Positions 16,739-25,422 of a DNA stretch of 64,000 nt are shown here, one piece after another (position 1 is the stretch's first letter; every line of letters begins with the position of its first letter). This DNA comes from Candidatus Cloacimonadota bacterium (GTDB lineage Bacteria > Cloacimonadota > Cloacimonadia > Cloacimonadales > Cloacimonadaceae), in the NCBI GenBank assembly GCA_029565535.1, contig JAKQNZ010000168.1:4635-68634 (forward strand), written 5' to 3'. Under the pieces are notes generated by a model, which did not search any database, was not told the origin of the DNA, and saw only the letters and a list, made by a program, of their open reading frames with translations. The position numbers and the translations under genes are program-made.

Positions 16739-17959
16739 TCAGTTGCCCTCCAAGAGCTTAGCCACTCTGGGAGCGCGCAAACGGTGTGCCACTGGAAAGC
16801 CTGAACCAATCAGAGGCCTTAAGTAAAACTTGAAGTCGTCGGTAACCCCGTTTCCGCTGGAATTGATGTATTCATCTGGCATGTGACGGGTCTTGCCGGC
16901 TATGTCGTTTAGCTTTTCCAGCTGGTAGTTTACAGAATAAAAGCCTGTGCGCTGGATAGAGATTGAGCCATCCAGATTGTACCAAATGGCAAAATGAGCT
17001 GCCCTTTCCCCCACCTCTCTTGCTTCACGCTGGTCGACATCCGAGACGCATCCGATAAACGAGCGTTGCAAATACCCGAAGGTATCGCTGCGGACCCGCT
17101 TGATTTTAAGTTTGGTTTTTATCAGGTCGCAGAGCAGATCACCCAGCATTCCGCTGCCCGATAGCTGCACATTTCCGTGTGCATCGTGCTCGACACTGCT
17201 GCTAAGCTTTGTGATAATCGGCACTCCCTTGTCGTCCACGATCCCTTCCGAAACGGCAACGACACACTTTCCATATTGGTTGTAAATCCTTTGCACATCA
17301 GCCAGGAAATCTTCGCGGTGGAAAGGACGCTCCGGCATGTAAACAAGGTGTGGCCCATCATCCGGATATTTCTGAGCCAGGGCGGAAGCGGCGGTCAGAA
17401 AACCGGCATGGCGACCCATTACCACCCCTATATAGACGCCAGGCAGAGCCCGATTATCCAGGTTAACACCCGTAAAGGCAGAAGCCACGAATCTGGCGGC
17501 AGAACCATAGCCTGGAGTATGATCGTTCAGCACCAGATCATTGTCGATTGTTTTGGGAATGTGGATGGCTCTGAATTCGTAATCAGCCTGATTTGCCTGT
17601 TCATTCACGATCCGCACCGTATCTGCGGAGTCGTTACCCCCAATGTAAAAGAAATAGCGAACGTCATGCGCTTTTAGCACTTTGAAGATTTCTTTGCAGT
17701 ATTCTTCATCTGGTTTATCCCGGGTTGACATCAAAGCTGATGAGGGAGTGTCTGCCACTTGCTCCAGATTGTGTGTGGTTTCCTGGGTAAGGTCTACAAA
17801 TTCTTCGTTGATAATGCCCTGCACACCGTAAAGGGCTCCATAAACGCGAGTTACCTGTGAAAACTTCCTCGCTTCCAAAGCAGCTCCCACCAATGATTGA
17901 TTTATGACCGCCGTGGGGCCTCCGCCCTGTGCGATCACCACCTTTCCTTCCAGTTTCAT
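16739..17959 (-). CDS. pfp: Phosphofructokinase-family enzyme with a PPi-dependent signature (diphosphate--fructose-6-phosphate 1-phosphotransferase)
   Basis: 'IGGNDSAD' gives Asp at the E. coli G104-equivalent position. 'IPKTIDNDL' gives Lys at the G124-equivalent. Both are the established PPi-versus-ATP discriminators. Confidence 0.7.
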   Translation of the reverse strand: MKLEGKVVIAQGGGPTAVINQSLVGAALEARKFSQVTRVYGALYGVQGIINEEFVDLTQETTHNLEQVADTPSSALMSTRDKPDEEYCKEIFKVLKAHDVRYFFYIGGNDSADTVRIVNEQANQADYEFRAIHIPKTIDNDLVLNDHTPGYGSAARFVASAFTGVNLDNRALPGVYIGVVMGRHAGFLTAASALAQKYPDDGPHLVYMPERPFHREDFLADVQRIYNQYGKCVVAVSEGIVDDKGVPIITKLSSSVEHDAHGNVQLSGSGMLGDLLCDLIKTKLKIKRVRSDTFGYLQRSFIGCVSDVDQREAREVGERAAHFAIWYNLDGSISIQRTGFYSVNYQLEKLNDIAGKTRHMPDEYINSSGNGVTDDFKFYLRPLIGSGFPVAHRLRAPRVAKLLEGN

Positions 17960-18150
17960 CGTCGAACCTCCACAAGGACTAAAGAAAGTCCTGTCTATTT
18001 TTCATTGGCGCTACTTTCTGCGCTACTCCGAAATCTGTCCAGCAGAAAATGCTTGCTATATTCGGCTGATTCAGAAAAGTGGAGCGCGTCCTATTCCGGC
18101 AATACGAATATCGTCAGAATGGGAAAACCTGCCTTTAGCAAAGAGGAATA

Positions 18151-19764
18151 ATGAGTTACATAGTCTTAGCCAGAAAATACAGACCCCAGAGCTTTCCCGA
18201 AGTATACGCCCAGGAGCACGTTACCCAAATTTTGCAAAGTGCAATCGAAAGCAAACGAATCGCTCATGCCTATCTATTTACCGGGCCAAGAGGTGTAGGA
18301 AAAACAAGCATGGCGCGGATTATGGCCAAGAGCCTCAACTGCCTGGAAGGGCCAAGCTCGCATCCCTGCAATGTTTGCTCAAACTGCACCGAGATCACCG
18401 CAGGCACCTCACCAGATGTGATAGAGATCGACGGAGCTTCCAATACAGGTGTGGATGACATCCGTGAACTGCAAAGGGAATTATTGTATGCCGCAAGCAG
18501 TTCATTGTACAAGATATACATCATCGATGAAGTGCACATGCTGTCCAAGAATGCTTTCAACGCCTTGCTAAAAACTTTGGAAGAACCCCCGGAGAATGTG
18601 GTTTTTATCTTCGCCACGACTGAGCCGCAAAAGGTTCTGGCTACTATCATATCCCGCTGTCAACGCTACGATTTTAAGCGCATTCCCATCGAAGCAATCG
18701 TAGAAAGACTGAAGGATATCTGCGCAGTGGAAAATATCAGAATCGACTCAGAATCGCTGTATCTGATAGCCCGCAAGGCCGATGGAGGGATGCGCGATGC
18801 CCTGTCTTTGATGGATCAGGCGATTTCCTATTGCGTGAATGACATCACCATCGATAAGGTTCGTCAAATCTTCGGTTTGATTCCCAATCAGGTTTTCCAG
18901 CGCTTTTTCCAATTAATCGACGCCAAGGACGCTCCTGCCCTGATCAGAGAACTTCACCTGGTATTTGAACAGGGAACCGATCTTCAGGAATTCCTGGTGA
19001 ATCTCCTGGAATTTATACGAGTGCTGATCCTACGTAAACTGGGCGTGCAGACTCAGGATATAAATCCGGATGAGCTAGCCGCTTTTGATGAGCTAGGCAC
19101 CCTCTTCAGTCAGAATAAGCTGCTTTACATTCTCAGCATGCTGATCGCTTCCAGGGCTGACCTGAAAAGCAGCTCCAATCCATATTTGCTTCTGGAAGCC
19201 CTGATGATCAAGCTATGCAAGCTAGATGAGATGGAAGACCTTGCAGCAATGATCAATAATTTAGGAACAGCCGGACCCATAGCTAATCCAAGCAACATAG
19301 TGCGACCCAATCCAAGTCTCAGCCGGCCTTTGCCAGCAAGCGTAGTACCGCCTGAGCCTCCTATGCAGAGCCGGGAAGAACCTGAGCACATAAAACAGGA
19401 TTTTAACGAGGAGAACCTGGCAACACTCTGGCCCAGAATATTGGTGCGAACCAAGAAGATCAGCAATATGTGTTCGTTGGCTCTGGATAGCTCCAAACAA
19501 CGGGCCGTGCAAGGCAAACACCTTAGTTTGAGCCTGGAAAGCCAAACAAACTACAACCTGCTGAAAAGCAATCTTGATAAGCTGCACGAAATTTTTTCCG
19601 AACTCTTTCACAACAAAGTGCAGATCAGCTTGAAGCTTCTCGAGGTGGAACCACCGACGAAAGTCCATATCCGACGCCGCACTCTGGAAGATTTGAAGCA
19701 AGAGAGCCCGGAAGTAGCCAGGTTTGCAGAGCTAACCGACGCTATCCTGGTTCCATCTCCATGA
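18151..19764 (+). CDS. dnaX: DNA polymerase III subunit gamma/tau
   Basis: 'LFTGPRGVGKTS', 'IIDEVHMLS', 'ATTEPQKVLATIISRCQRYDF'. Confidence 0.9.
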   Translation: MSYIVLARKYRPQSFPEVYAQEHVTQILQSAIESKRIAHAYLFTGPRGVGKTSMARIMAKSLNCLEGPSSHPCNVCSNCTEITAGTSPDVIEIDGASNTGVDDIRELQRELLYAASSSLYKIYIIDEVHMLSKNAFNALLKTLEEPPENVVFIFATTEPQKVLATIISRCQRYDFKRIPIEAIVERLKDICAVENIRIDSESLYLIARKADGGMRDALSLMDQAISYCVNDITIDKVRQIFGLIPNQVFQRFFQLIDAKDAPALIRELHLVFEQGTDLQEFLVNLLEFIRVLILRKLGVQTQDINPDELAAFDELGTLFSQNKLLYILSMLIASRADLKSSSNPYLLLEALMIKLCKLDEMEDLAAMINNLGTAGPIANPSNIVRPNPSLSRPLPASVVPPEPPMQSREEPEHIKQDFNEENLATLWPRILVRTKKISNMCSLALDSSKQRAVQGKHLSLSLESQTNYNLLKSNLDKLHEIFSELFHNKVQISLKLLEVEPPTKVHIRRRTLEDLKQESPEVARFAELTDAILVPSP

Positions 19765-20864
19765 ATAGCGTTTTTTCCATATCCACTGCCCTCTACGTAG
19801 CGTTCCTGGCCTGGGTACTTCAGGGATTGAAAGCTATCCTTGCCAGAGAAGCAAAGAAACCAGAGCCAGTAAGTAATCAGGCAATCTCGATAATCGTGGC
19901 AGCCCGCAACGAAGAACATAATTTGCCTTCCCTTCTGGATTCGCTAAGCAAGCTAAACTATCATTCCGACATGTATGAGATCATAATTGTGAATGACCAT
20001 TCGGAGGATAACACAGCCAAACTGCTGGATAGCTACAAGGGCTGTCCAAACTTACGGATCATCCATTTCTACGAAGAAACACCGCCCTTAACAGGTAAAA
20101 AAGCAGCTCTGAACCAGGGAATATTAGCAGCTACAAACGACATTCTGGCTTTTACTGATGCGGACTGCCTGCTGCCTCAGAATTGGCTGATAGAGATAAA
20201 CCACAGCATGGATGCCGAGACGGATTATCTATTGGCCTATTCGATCATGAAACGACAGCCCGACGGAAGCACGTTTCGCTCCAGGAATTTCGAGCGAAGT
20301 GTGTATTATGCCTTGGCGGCAGCAGGCTTGCATTACCACAGGCCAATCACCAGCAGCGCCTGCAATATGGTTTACCGTAAAAGCCTGTTTGAAAAAAGCG
20401 GTGGCTGGGAAGGAATCGGCCATTTGAGGTCTGGGGATGACGACTTGCTGCTGATGAAAATGATGCCCCAGATCCGCAAAGCTGCATACAATCCTTCCCC
20501 TGACATGCAGGTTGTATCGATTGACGGGACGGACGCCAAACAGCACCATCAAACCAACATTCGCAGAGCCAGCAAACTGCGCTACTATCCGTTGTGGTTA
20601 AAGCTGATGTCGATCGGAGTGTTTTCCTATTTTTGCCTGTTTTACTATGCTCTGATCAAATCACTGACCGGGAAAGGCGGATTGGGACTGGCGGCCATTC
20701 TACTTACCAAGACTGCAGCTGAATTCAGCCTGGTTTTTTATCATCTGAAAAAGATAAACCACGCTGAACTCAGCTGGCTGTATCCAGTGCAGATATTTCT
20801 CTTTCCTGCGCAGTTCATTTTTTACGCGCTGCGGGGAAGCCTGGGAAAATACCGCTGGAAATAG
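19761..20864 (+). CDS. Family-2 glycosyltransferase with C-terminal TM helices
   Basis: 'ISIIVAARNEEHNLP', 'DADCLLP', 'GDDDLL' (GT2 DxD / ED-type motifs). ATGA overlap with dnaX. Confidence 0.7.
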   Translation: MNSVFSISTALYVAFLAWVLQGLKAILAREAKKPEPVSNQAISIIVAARNEEHNLPSLLDSLSKLNYHSDMYEIIIVNDHSEDNTAKLLDSYKGCPNLRIIHFYEETPPLTGKKAALNQGILAATNDILAFTDADCLLPQNWLIEINHSMDAETDYLLAYSIMKRQPDGSTFRSRNFERSVYYALAAAGLHYHRPITSSACNMVYRKSLFEKSGGWEGIGHLRSGDDDLLLMKMMPQIRKAAYNPSPDMQVVSIDGTDAKQHHQTNIRRASKLRYYPLWLKLMSIGVFSYFCLFYYALIKSLTGKGGLGLAAILLTKTAAEFSLVFYHLKKINHAELSWLYPVQIFLFPAQFIFYALRGSLGKYRWK

Positions 20865-21113
20865 CTACATTTCGATCATTTTGGCCTGAACGTAATCAAC
20901 CTTGTTCAGGGCTTCCAGCATATTGGCCAATTCATTGGGATCGCCATCCACTTCCAGGATCACCAATCCATCGTTGGCGCAAAACTCCTTGGAAACTTCA
21001 TGCAAACCCAGGCGAACCTTTATGCTGCATCCAAACTGGGTAAGGATTTCCTGCACTTTGGTGGCTTCTGTGCTGCGGTGATCGATTTTTACCAATACGA
21101 CTTTGTAAATCAT
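20865..21113 (-). CDS. Small ACT/NikR-C-like protein resembling the TM1266 family (putative iron-only hydrogenase system regulator)
   Basis: 82 aa. The pattern 'VVLVKIDHRSTEATKVQEILTQFGCSIKVRLGLH...LVILEV.GD' matches what I recall of the family. Not verified by search. Confidence 0.4.
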   Translation of the reverse strand: MIYKVVLVKIDHRSTEATKVQEILTQFGCSIKVRLGLHEVSKEFCANDGLVILEVDGDPNELANMLEALNKVDYVQAKMIEM

Positions 21114-21126
21114 TTTCCTCTCCTTT

Positions 21127-22851
21127 CTATTGCTTTTTACTCAGCTTTGCCCAGCTGTCTCTCAGCGACGTAATGCGGTTAAATATGGGACTATCGGGTT
21201 TAGAATCATAATCAGTGCAAAAATATCCGATTCTTAGAAACTGGAATCTTTCTCCAGGAGTTGTGTTTGCCAGACTGCTTTCGGCAAGGCAGCGCTTGTT
21301 AATCTCCAGCGAAGCGGGATTCACGTAGTCTTTATAAGTTTTACCAGGTTCCAGTTCGCTCATGTCGGCCTGAGTAAACAGTCTGTCGTACAATCGCAAT
21401 TCCACTGGGATACAATGCCTGGCAGACACCCAATGCAAGGTGCCCTTCACTTTACGGCCATCTTCTGTCCACCCGCCCCGGGAAGCAGGATCATAACTGC
21501 AGCGGATTTCCGTTATATTACCAGCCTCGTCTTTTACTACTTCATTGCAAGTGATATAATAAGCGTGTTTTAGCCTTACTTCCTGACCTGGAGAAAGCCT
21601 GAACCAGCCTTTGGGCGGGTTTTCAGAAAAATCCTCAGCTTCGATGAAGAGCTCTTTACCAAAGCTTATTTTGCGGCTCCCTGCGCTAGCATTTTCCGGG
21701 TTGTTTTCCGCATCCAGTTCTTCTTCGTGGTCTTCGGGATAATTGGTGATTACGAGTTTCAGGGGGCTCAAAACAGCCATTCTGCGTAAGGCGGTGCGAT
21801 TCAGCTCTTCGCGGATGCAGAAAAACAGCAATTCATCATCCACCATCGAATTTGCTTTGGCTACGCCAATCCGATCGGCAAATTCTCTTATTGCTTCAGG
21901 CGGAAAGCCTCTTCTCCGCATTCCGGCAATGGTAGGCATGCGGGGATCGTCCCAGCCGTTCACCAGATTCGTGGTCACCAGTTCCAGCAGCAGCCTTTTA
22001 CTCATCACTGTATAAGCCAGATTCAACCTGGCAAATTCGATTTGCTGAGGATGACAGGGAACCGGAAGTTGATCCAGTATCCAGTCGTAAAGGGGACGGT
22101 GATCCTCAAACTCCAAGGTACAGATAGAGTGGGTGATCCTTTCCAGAGCGTCTGAAATGCAATGAGTGTAATCATACATGGGATAAATCTGCCAATCGCT
22201 GCCTGTACGGTGATGATGAGTCTTCTTGATGCGATAGATCACCGGGTCGCGCATATTGAGGTTTGGCGATGCCATATCGATTTTTGCACGTAAACTGCGG
22301 CTGCCTTCGGGAAATTCGCCGGCTTTCATTCTGCGGAAAAGGTCAAGGTTTTCATCCCTGCTCCTATTGCGATAGGGACTGTTTTTTCCGGGAACGGTCA
22401 AGGTTCCTCGGTATTCTCGTAGTTCATCCAGACTAAGATCGCAAACGAAAGCCTTTCCCTCATTGATAAGGTATTCGGCAAACTCGTACAGCTTGTCAAA
22501 ATAATCGGATGCATAGTAAAGGTGTTCAGCCCAATCAAATCCCAGCCAACGGACGTCCGCCAAGATTGAATCCACATATTCCACATCCTCCTTTACGGGA
22601 TTTGTGTCGTCAAAACGCAGATGGCAGCGGCCCTTATAGTCTCGGGCCAGGCCAAAATTCAGACAAATAGATTTTGCATGCCCGATGTGCAGATAGCCAT
22701 TGGGTTCCGGGGGAAACCGGGTTACAATCCCACTATGCTTACCGCTTTCCAGATCGCGGTCGATTATACTGCGGATAAAATTCGTTACCGCAGGCTTAGT
22801 GCCTTCTTCAGCAGTAAGGGTTTTTTCGCTTGGCTTGTCTTTTGTTTCCAT
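21127..22851 (-). CDS. glnS: Glutamine--tRNA ligase
   Basis: '[24 protein letters not shown]' (HIGH) and 'VMSKR' (KMSKS). Confidence 0.95.
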   Translation of the reverse strand: METKDKPSEKTLTAEEGTKPAVTNFIRSIIDRDLESGKHSGIVTRFPPEPNGYLHIGHAKSICLNFGLARDYKGRCHLRFDDTNPVKEDVEYVDSILADVRWLGFDWAEHLYYASDYFDKLYEFAEYLINEGKAFVCDLSLDELREYRGTLTVPGKNSPYRNRSRDENLDLFRRMKAGEFPEGSRSLRAKIDMASPNLNMRDPVIYRIKKTHHHRTGSDWQIYPMYDYTHCISDALERITHSICTLEFEDHRPLYDWILDQLPVPCHPQQIEFARLNLAYTVMSKRLLLELVTTNLVNGWDDPRMPTIAGMRRRGFPPEAIREFADRIGVAKANSMVDDELLFFCIREELNRTALRRMAVLSPLKLVITNYPEDHEEELDAENNPENASAGSRKISFGKELFIEAEDFSENPPKGWFRLSPGQEVRLKHAYYITCNEVVKDEAGNITEIRCSYDPASRGGWTEDGRKVKGTLHWVSARHCIPVELRLYDRLFTQADMSELEPGKTYKDYVNPASLEINKRCLAESSLANTTPGERFQFLRIGYFCTDYDSKPDSPIFNRITSLRDSWAKLSKKQ

Positions 22852-23069
22852 GTTTGTTCCTTGGTTCTAATAGCATATAGTCTCAGCTTTTGGGATTGGG
22901 GTTTTCAGTCAAGCTAAAGATGCAGGCGCCAATACGAGTAATATTTCTACACTGCGGAGGAAATCCACGTTTTTCTTGTGATCCTGCTGGGTTCTGCAAG
23001 CCCCGTACAAGGTACGCATTGTATTGTTTTATATGGTTTTAGCTGAATCTAATCTGATAATCTCTCGTT

Positions 23070-23085
23070 TGGCACGGCACTTGCA
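23070..23085 (+). promoter_or_regulatory. Sigma-54 (RpoN) -24/-12 promoter
   Basis: 'TGGCACGGCACTTGCA' matches the consensus TGGCACG-N4-TTGCW at every conserved position. It lies 36 nt upstream of the ATG at 23121. Confidence 0.7.
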
Positions 23086-23120
23086 CATATGTGGTTAAAC
23101 AAACTACAGTGAGGTACAGC

Positions 23121-23456
23121 ATGGCAGTAATTGCCCGCACCATCCTTCGGAAAGTAGAACTGGAGAGTTATATAAAAAGAGACTTTCTGGACAAGAGCTT
23201 TAACCGCGATGGGCTCTGTGCATATTGTGTTCGAAAGCATAGTTGCTGCCTTACTGGAGATTTTGGCCTGGTTTACGATTGCGATGAATACGAAGCGGGA
23301 GCTGAGGAAACCAATCCCCTTACCTTCACCACGCTCGACCTGGGTAAAGAAGACGATGCAGCAGTTTACGGGCTTTGTGCCCAGTGCCAGATCCGGGACA
23401 TTTGCCAGTTGAAAAATATCAACGGGGGAGTTTGGCACTGCGAAGAATATCAATAA
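23121..23456 (+). CDS. Small cysteine-rich protein (111 aa) with an internal duplication of a C-x2-C-x5-C-x12/13-C-x-EY module
   Basis: Modules 'GLCAYCVRKHSCCLTGDFGLVYDCDEYE' and 'GLCAQCQIRDICQLKNINGGVWHCEEYQ'. RBS 'GTGAGGT' upstream of the ATG. Bracketed by the sigma-54 promoter and a terminator. Confidence 0.6.
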   Translation: MAVIARTILRKVELESYIKRDFLDKSFNRDGLCAYCVRKHSCCLTGDFGLVYDCDEYEAGAEETNPLTFTTLDLGKEDDAAVYGLCAQCQIRDICQLKNINGGVWHCEEYQ

Positions 23457-23494
23457 ACCACTTACAGACGACACATACCTCAACACACACACAT

Positions 23495-23517
23495 GGGGGC
23501 TCCCCGCCCCCTTTTTT
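23495..23517 (+). terminator. Rho-independent terminator
   Basis: 'GGGGGC-TCCCC-GCCCCC' followed by TTTTTT, 38 nt after the stop of the Cys-rich ORF. Confidence 0.75.
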
Positions 23518-23829
23518 ACGCCCCAACTTACTTAATTTTATGGTAGTTCTGCGCACGTTTTGTCCGTTTTGCATAGACACCGCCACCTAACCACGCGCAC
23601 AAATGCTGTACTTGTCCTTTGCTTACTGTATGTTTATATGATGGGAGAAGGATGGGATAGGAGGTAGCTCCGTCATCCTGAAGGAGAACGAAGGACACTC
23701 CCGTACTCTGGACACGCTTGGCAAGACCAAGGCAAAAACTTTCCACTTGACGAATTGAGCCACATCAGAGTTTTGGAACGAAACGAAAAGAAATGAAGCT
23801 ATAATAAACGAAAAAGGGAGCATAAGCCA

Positions 23830-25410
23830 ATGAAGAAGTTTTCCTGGCGTGGTCTTTCAATAGTCATATTTATATGCGTTACTGCATTTTATCTGGCTCC
23901 TTTGGCAATTCCGAATTTACCGGAATGGTGGGCAAAAAACAAGCTGAAACTCGGTTTGGATTTACGTGGTGGGATGCAAATCCTGCTGGAAGTGGATACC
24001 AGCGAGCTTTCTGCTGCCGATGCCCGTGGTGCCGTAGACCAAAACATCAAGATCATCCGTGAACGTATCGACCAATTCGGCGTAGCCGAGCCTTCCATCC
24101 AGAAGCTTGGCGAAAACCGGATCATGGTGCAATTGCCCGGCGTTTCAAACTATGAAGCAGCCGAAAATCTGATCAAGCAAACCGCTATGCTGGAATTCAA
24201 GCTGGTAGTATCTGGCGAGGAAGCCAAGAAGGTGCTGGATACAGTAGATTTAAACATCAGCAACAACCTTTCATTTTTCCCCAAATTAGCCGAACTGGAC
24301 AAGAAGGATAAAAGCATCCTGGCCGACAAAGCCGACAGCGTAAAAGCCGGAAGCGGCGTTTTCAGCTCTCTGGTGCGTCCCGGAGAGGTTGACTTTGAAG
24401 TTCAGTACAGCGATGTGCGTTTGATTCAAGACCTTTTGGCCGATTCACTCTTCCAGCAGGCAGTCCCCATGGGTTATCAGCTTGCCCTGGATAAGGCCGA
24501 TACCGAATCTGCCAGAGCCGACCGGATTTTACACGTGCTATCCTCAGCCGTGGAGCTTTCCGGTGCTGATCTGGCCAAAGCCAAAGTGGAGTATGGTTCA
24601 TCCACCTCCACCGACCCCCGCATAGCTAATAAACCCTATATTTCGATAGAAATGAAACGCGAAGGCAGCCGCAAGTTTGAGCGTGTTACAGCCGACAATA
24701 CAGGCAAGCGCCTGGCCATTGTTTTGGACGGCGTGGTATATTCCGCCCCCAATATTCAGGAACGCATCTCTGGCGGCAGAGCTCAGATTACCGGCAAATT
24801 CACATCTTCCGAGGCTAATGAACTGGCTATCGTGCTGAATACCGGAAACCTGATAGCCCCCATCAAGCCGATCTCCACTTCCATCATTGGCGCCACTTTA
24901 GGAAGCGACAGCATCCGTAGCGGTAGCATGGCAGGAATTATTGGTCTGATCGCAGTTGTATTCTTTATGCTTGTTTACTACAAGCTCTGTGGCTTCATAG
25001 CCGATTTTGTACTGGTTTTCAATGTTGGCTTCATTCTGGCGATGCTAACAGCTTTTGGCGCAACCCTTACGCTTCCCGGAATCGCTGGGATGATCCTGAC
25101 CATAGGTATGGCAGTGGATGCAAACGTGCTGATCTATGAGCGCATCAGGGAAGAGCTTGATCAGGGTAAGACACCCCGCAGCGCAGTTGACGCAGGCTAC
25201 AAACGTGCCGTGATCACTGTTTGGGATGCCAATCTTACCACCTTGATCGCAGCAGCCGTACTTTATTATTTTGGCACTGGCCCGATCCGCGGCTTTGCGG
25301 TTACTTTGGCAATCGGGATCATCGGTTCCATGTTCTGTGCAATCGTCTTTGTCCGCAGCATCCTGGACACTTTCGTGATCACTGGAACTTCCAAGAAACT
25401 GAGTATCTAA
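23830..25410 (+). CDS. secD: Protein translocase subunit SecD
   Basis: 'LGLDLRGGMQILLEV', 'IRERIDQFGVAEPSIQ', and the C-terminal 6-TM RND-like region 'GMAVDANVLIYERIREE'. Confidence 0.9.
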   Translation: MKKFSWRGLSIVIFICVTAFYLAPLAIPNLPEWWAKNKLKLGLDLRGGMQILLEVDTSELSAADARGAVDQNIKIIRERIDQFGVAEPSIQKLGENRIMVQLPGVSNYEAAENLIKQTAMLEFKLVVSGEEAKKVLDTVDLNISNNLSFFPKLAELDKKDKSILADKADSVKAGSGVFSSLVRPGEVDFEVQYSDVRLIQDLLADSLFQQAVPMGYQLALDKADTESARADRILHVLSSAVELSGADLAKAKVEYGSSTSTDPRIANKPYISIEMKREGSRKFERVTADNTGKRLAIVLDGVVYSAPNIQERISGGRAQITGKFTSSEANELAIVLNTGNLIAPIKPISTSIIGATLGSDSIRSGSMAGIIGLIAVVFFMLVYYKLCGFIADFVLVFNVGFILAMLTAFGATLTLPGIAGMILTIGMAVDANVLIYERIREELDQGKTPRSAVDAGYKRAVITVWDANLTTLIAAAVLYYFGTGPIRGFAVTLAIGIIGSMFCAIVFVRSILDTFVITGTSKKLSI

Positions 25411-25422
25411 GAGGAGAGACCG

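Noticed and set aside
17960-18150. Possible SRP (4.5S/ffs) RNA upstream of dnaX, as in the Bacillus arrangement.
   Set aside because: - No GGAAGCAGCC / AAGGCAG domain-IV motifs are present.
- There is no extended helix.
- The region is adequately explained as divergent promoter space for pfp and dnaX.
18151-19764. A programmed -1 frameshift site in dnaX (gamma subunit).
   Set aside because: By eye I found no A-AAA-AAG heptamer or a similar slippery sequence with a downstream hairpin within the gene.
23091-23120. The longer GTG start (23091) given for the Cys-rich ORF in the ORF track.
   Set aside because: - It lies only 6-10 nt downstream of the -12 element.
- That places it at or upstream of the expected sigma-54 transcription start.
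- ATG 23121 has a GAGG RBS.
23049-23492. A 147-aa minus-strand ORF overlapping the Cys-rich gene.
   Set aside because: - The + strand ORF has a promoter, RBS, terminator and an internally duplicated Cys motif.
- The minus-strand translation has no features and would run through the sigma-54 promoter and the terminator.
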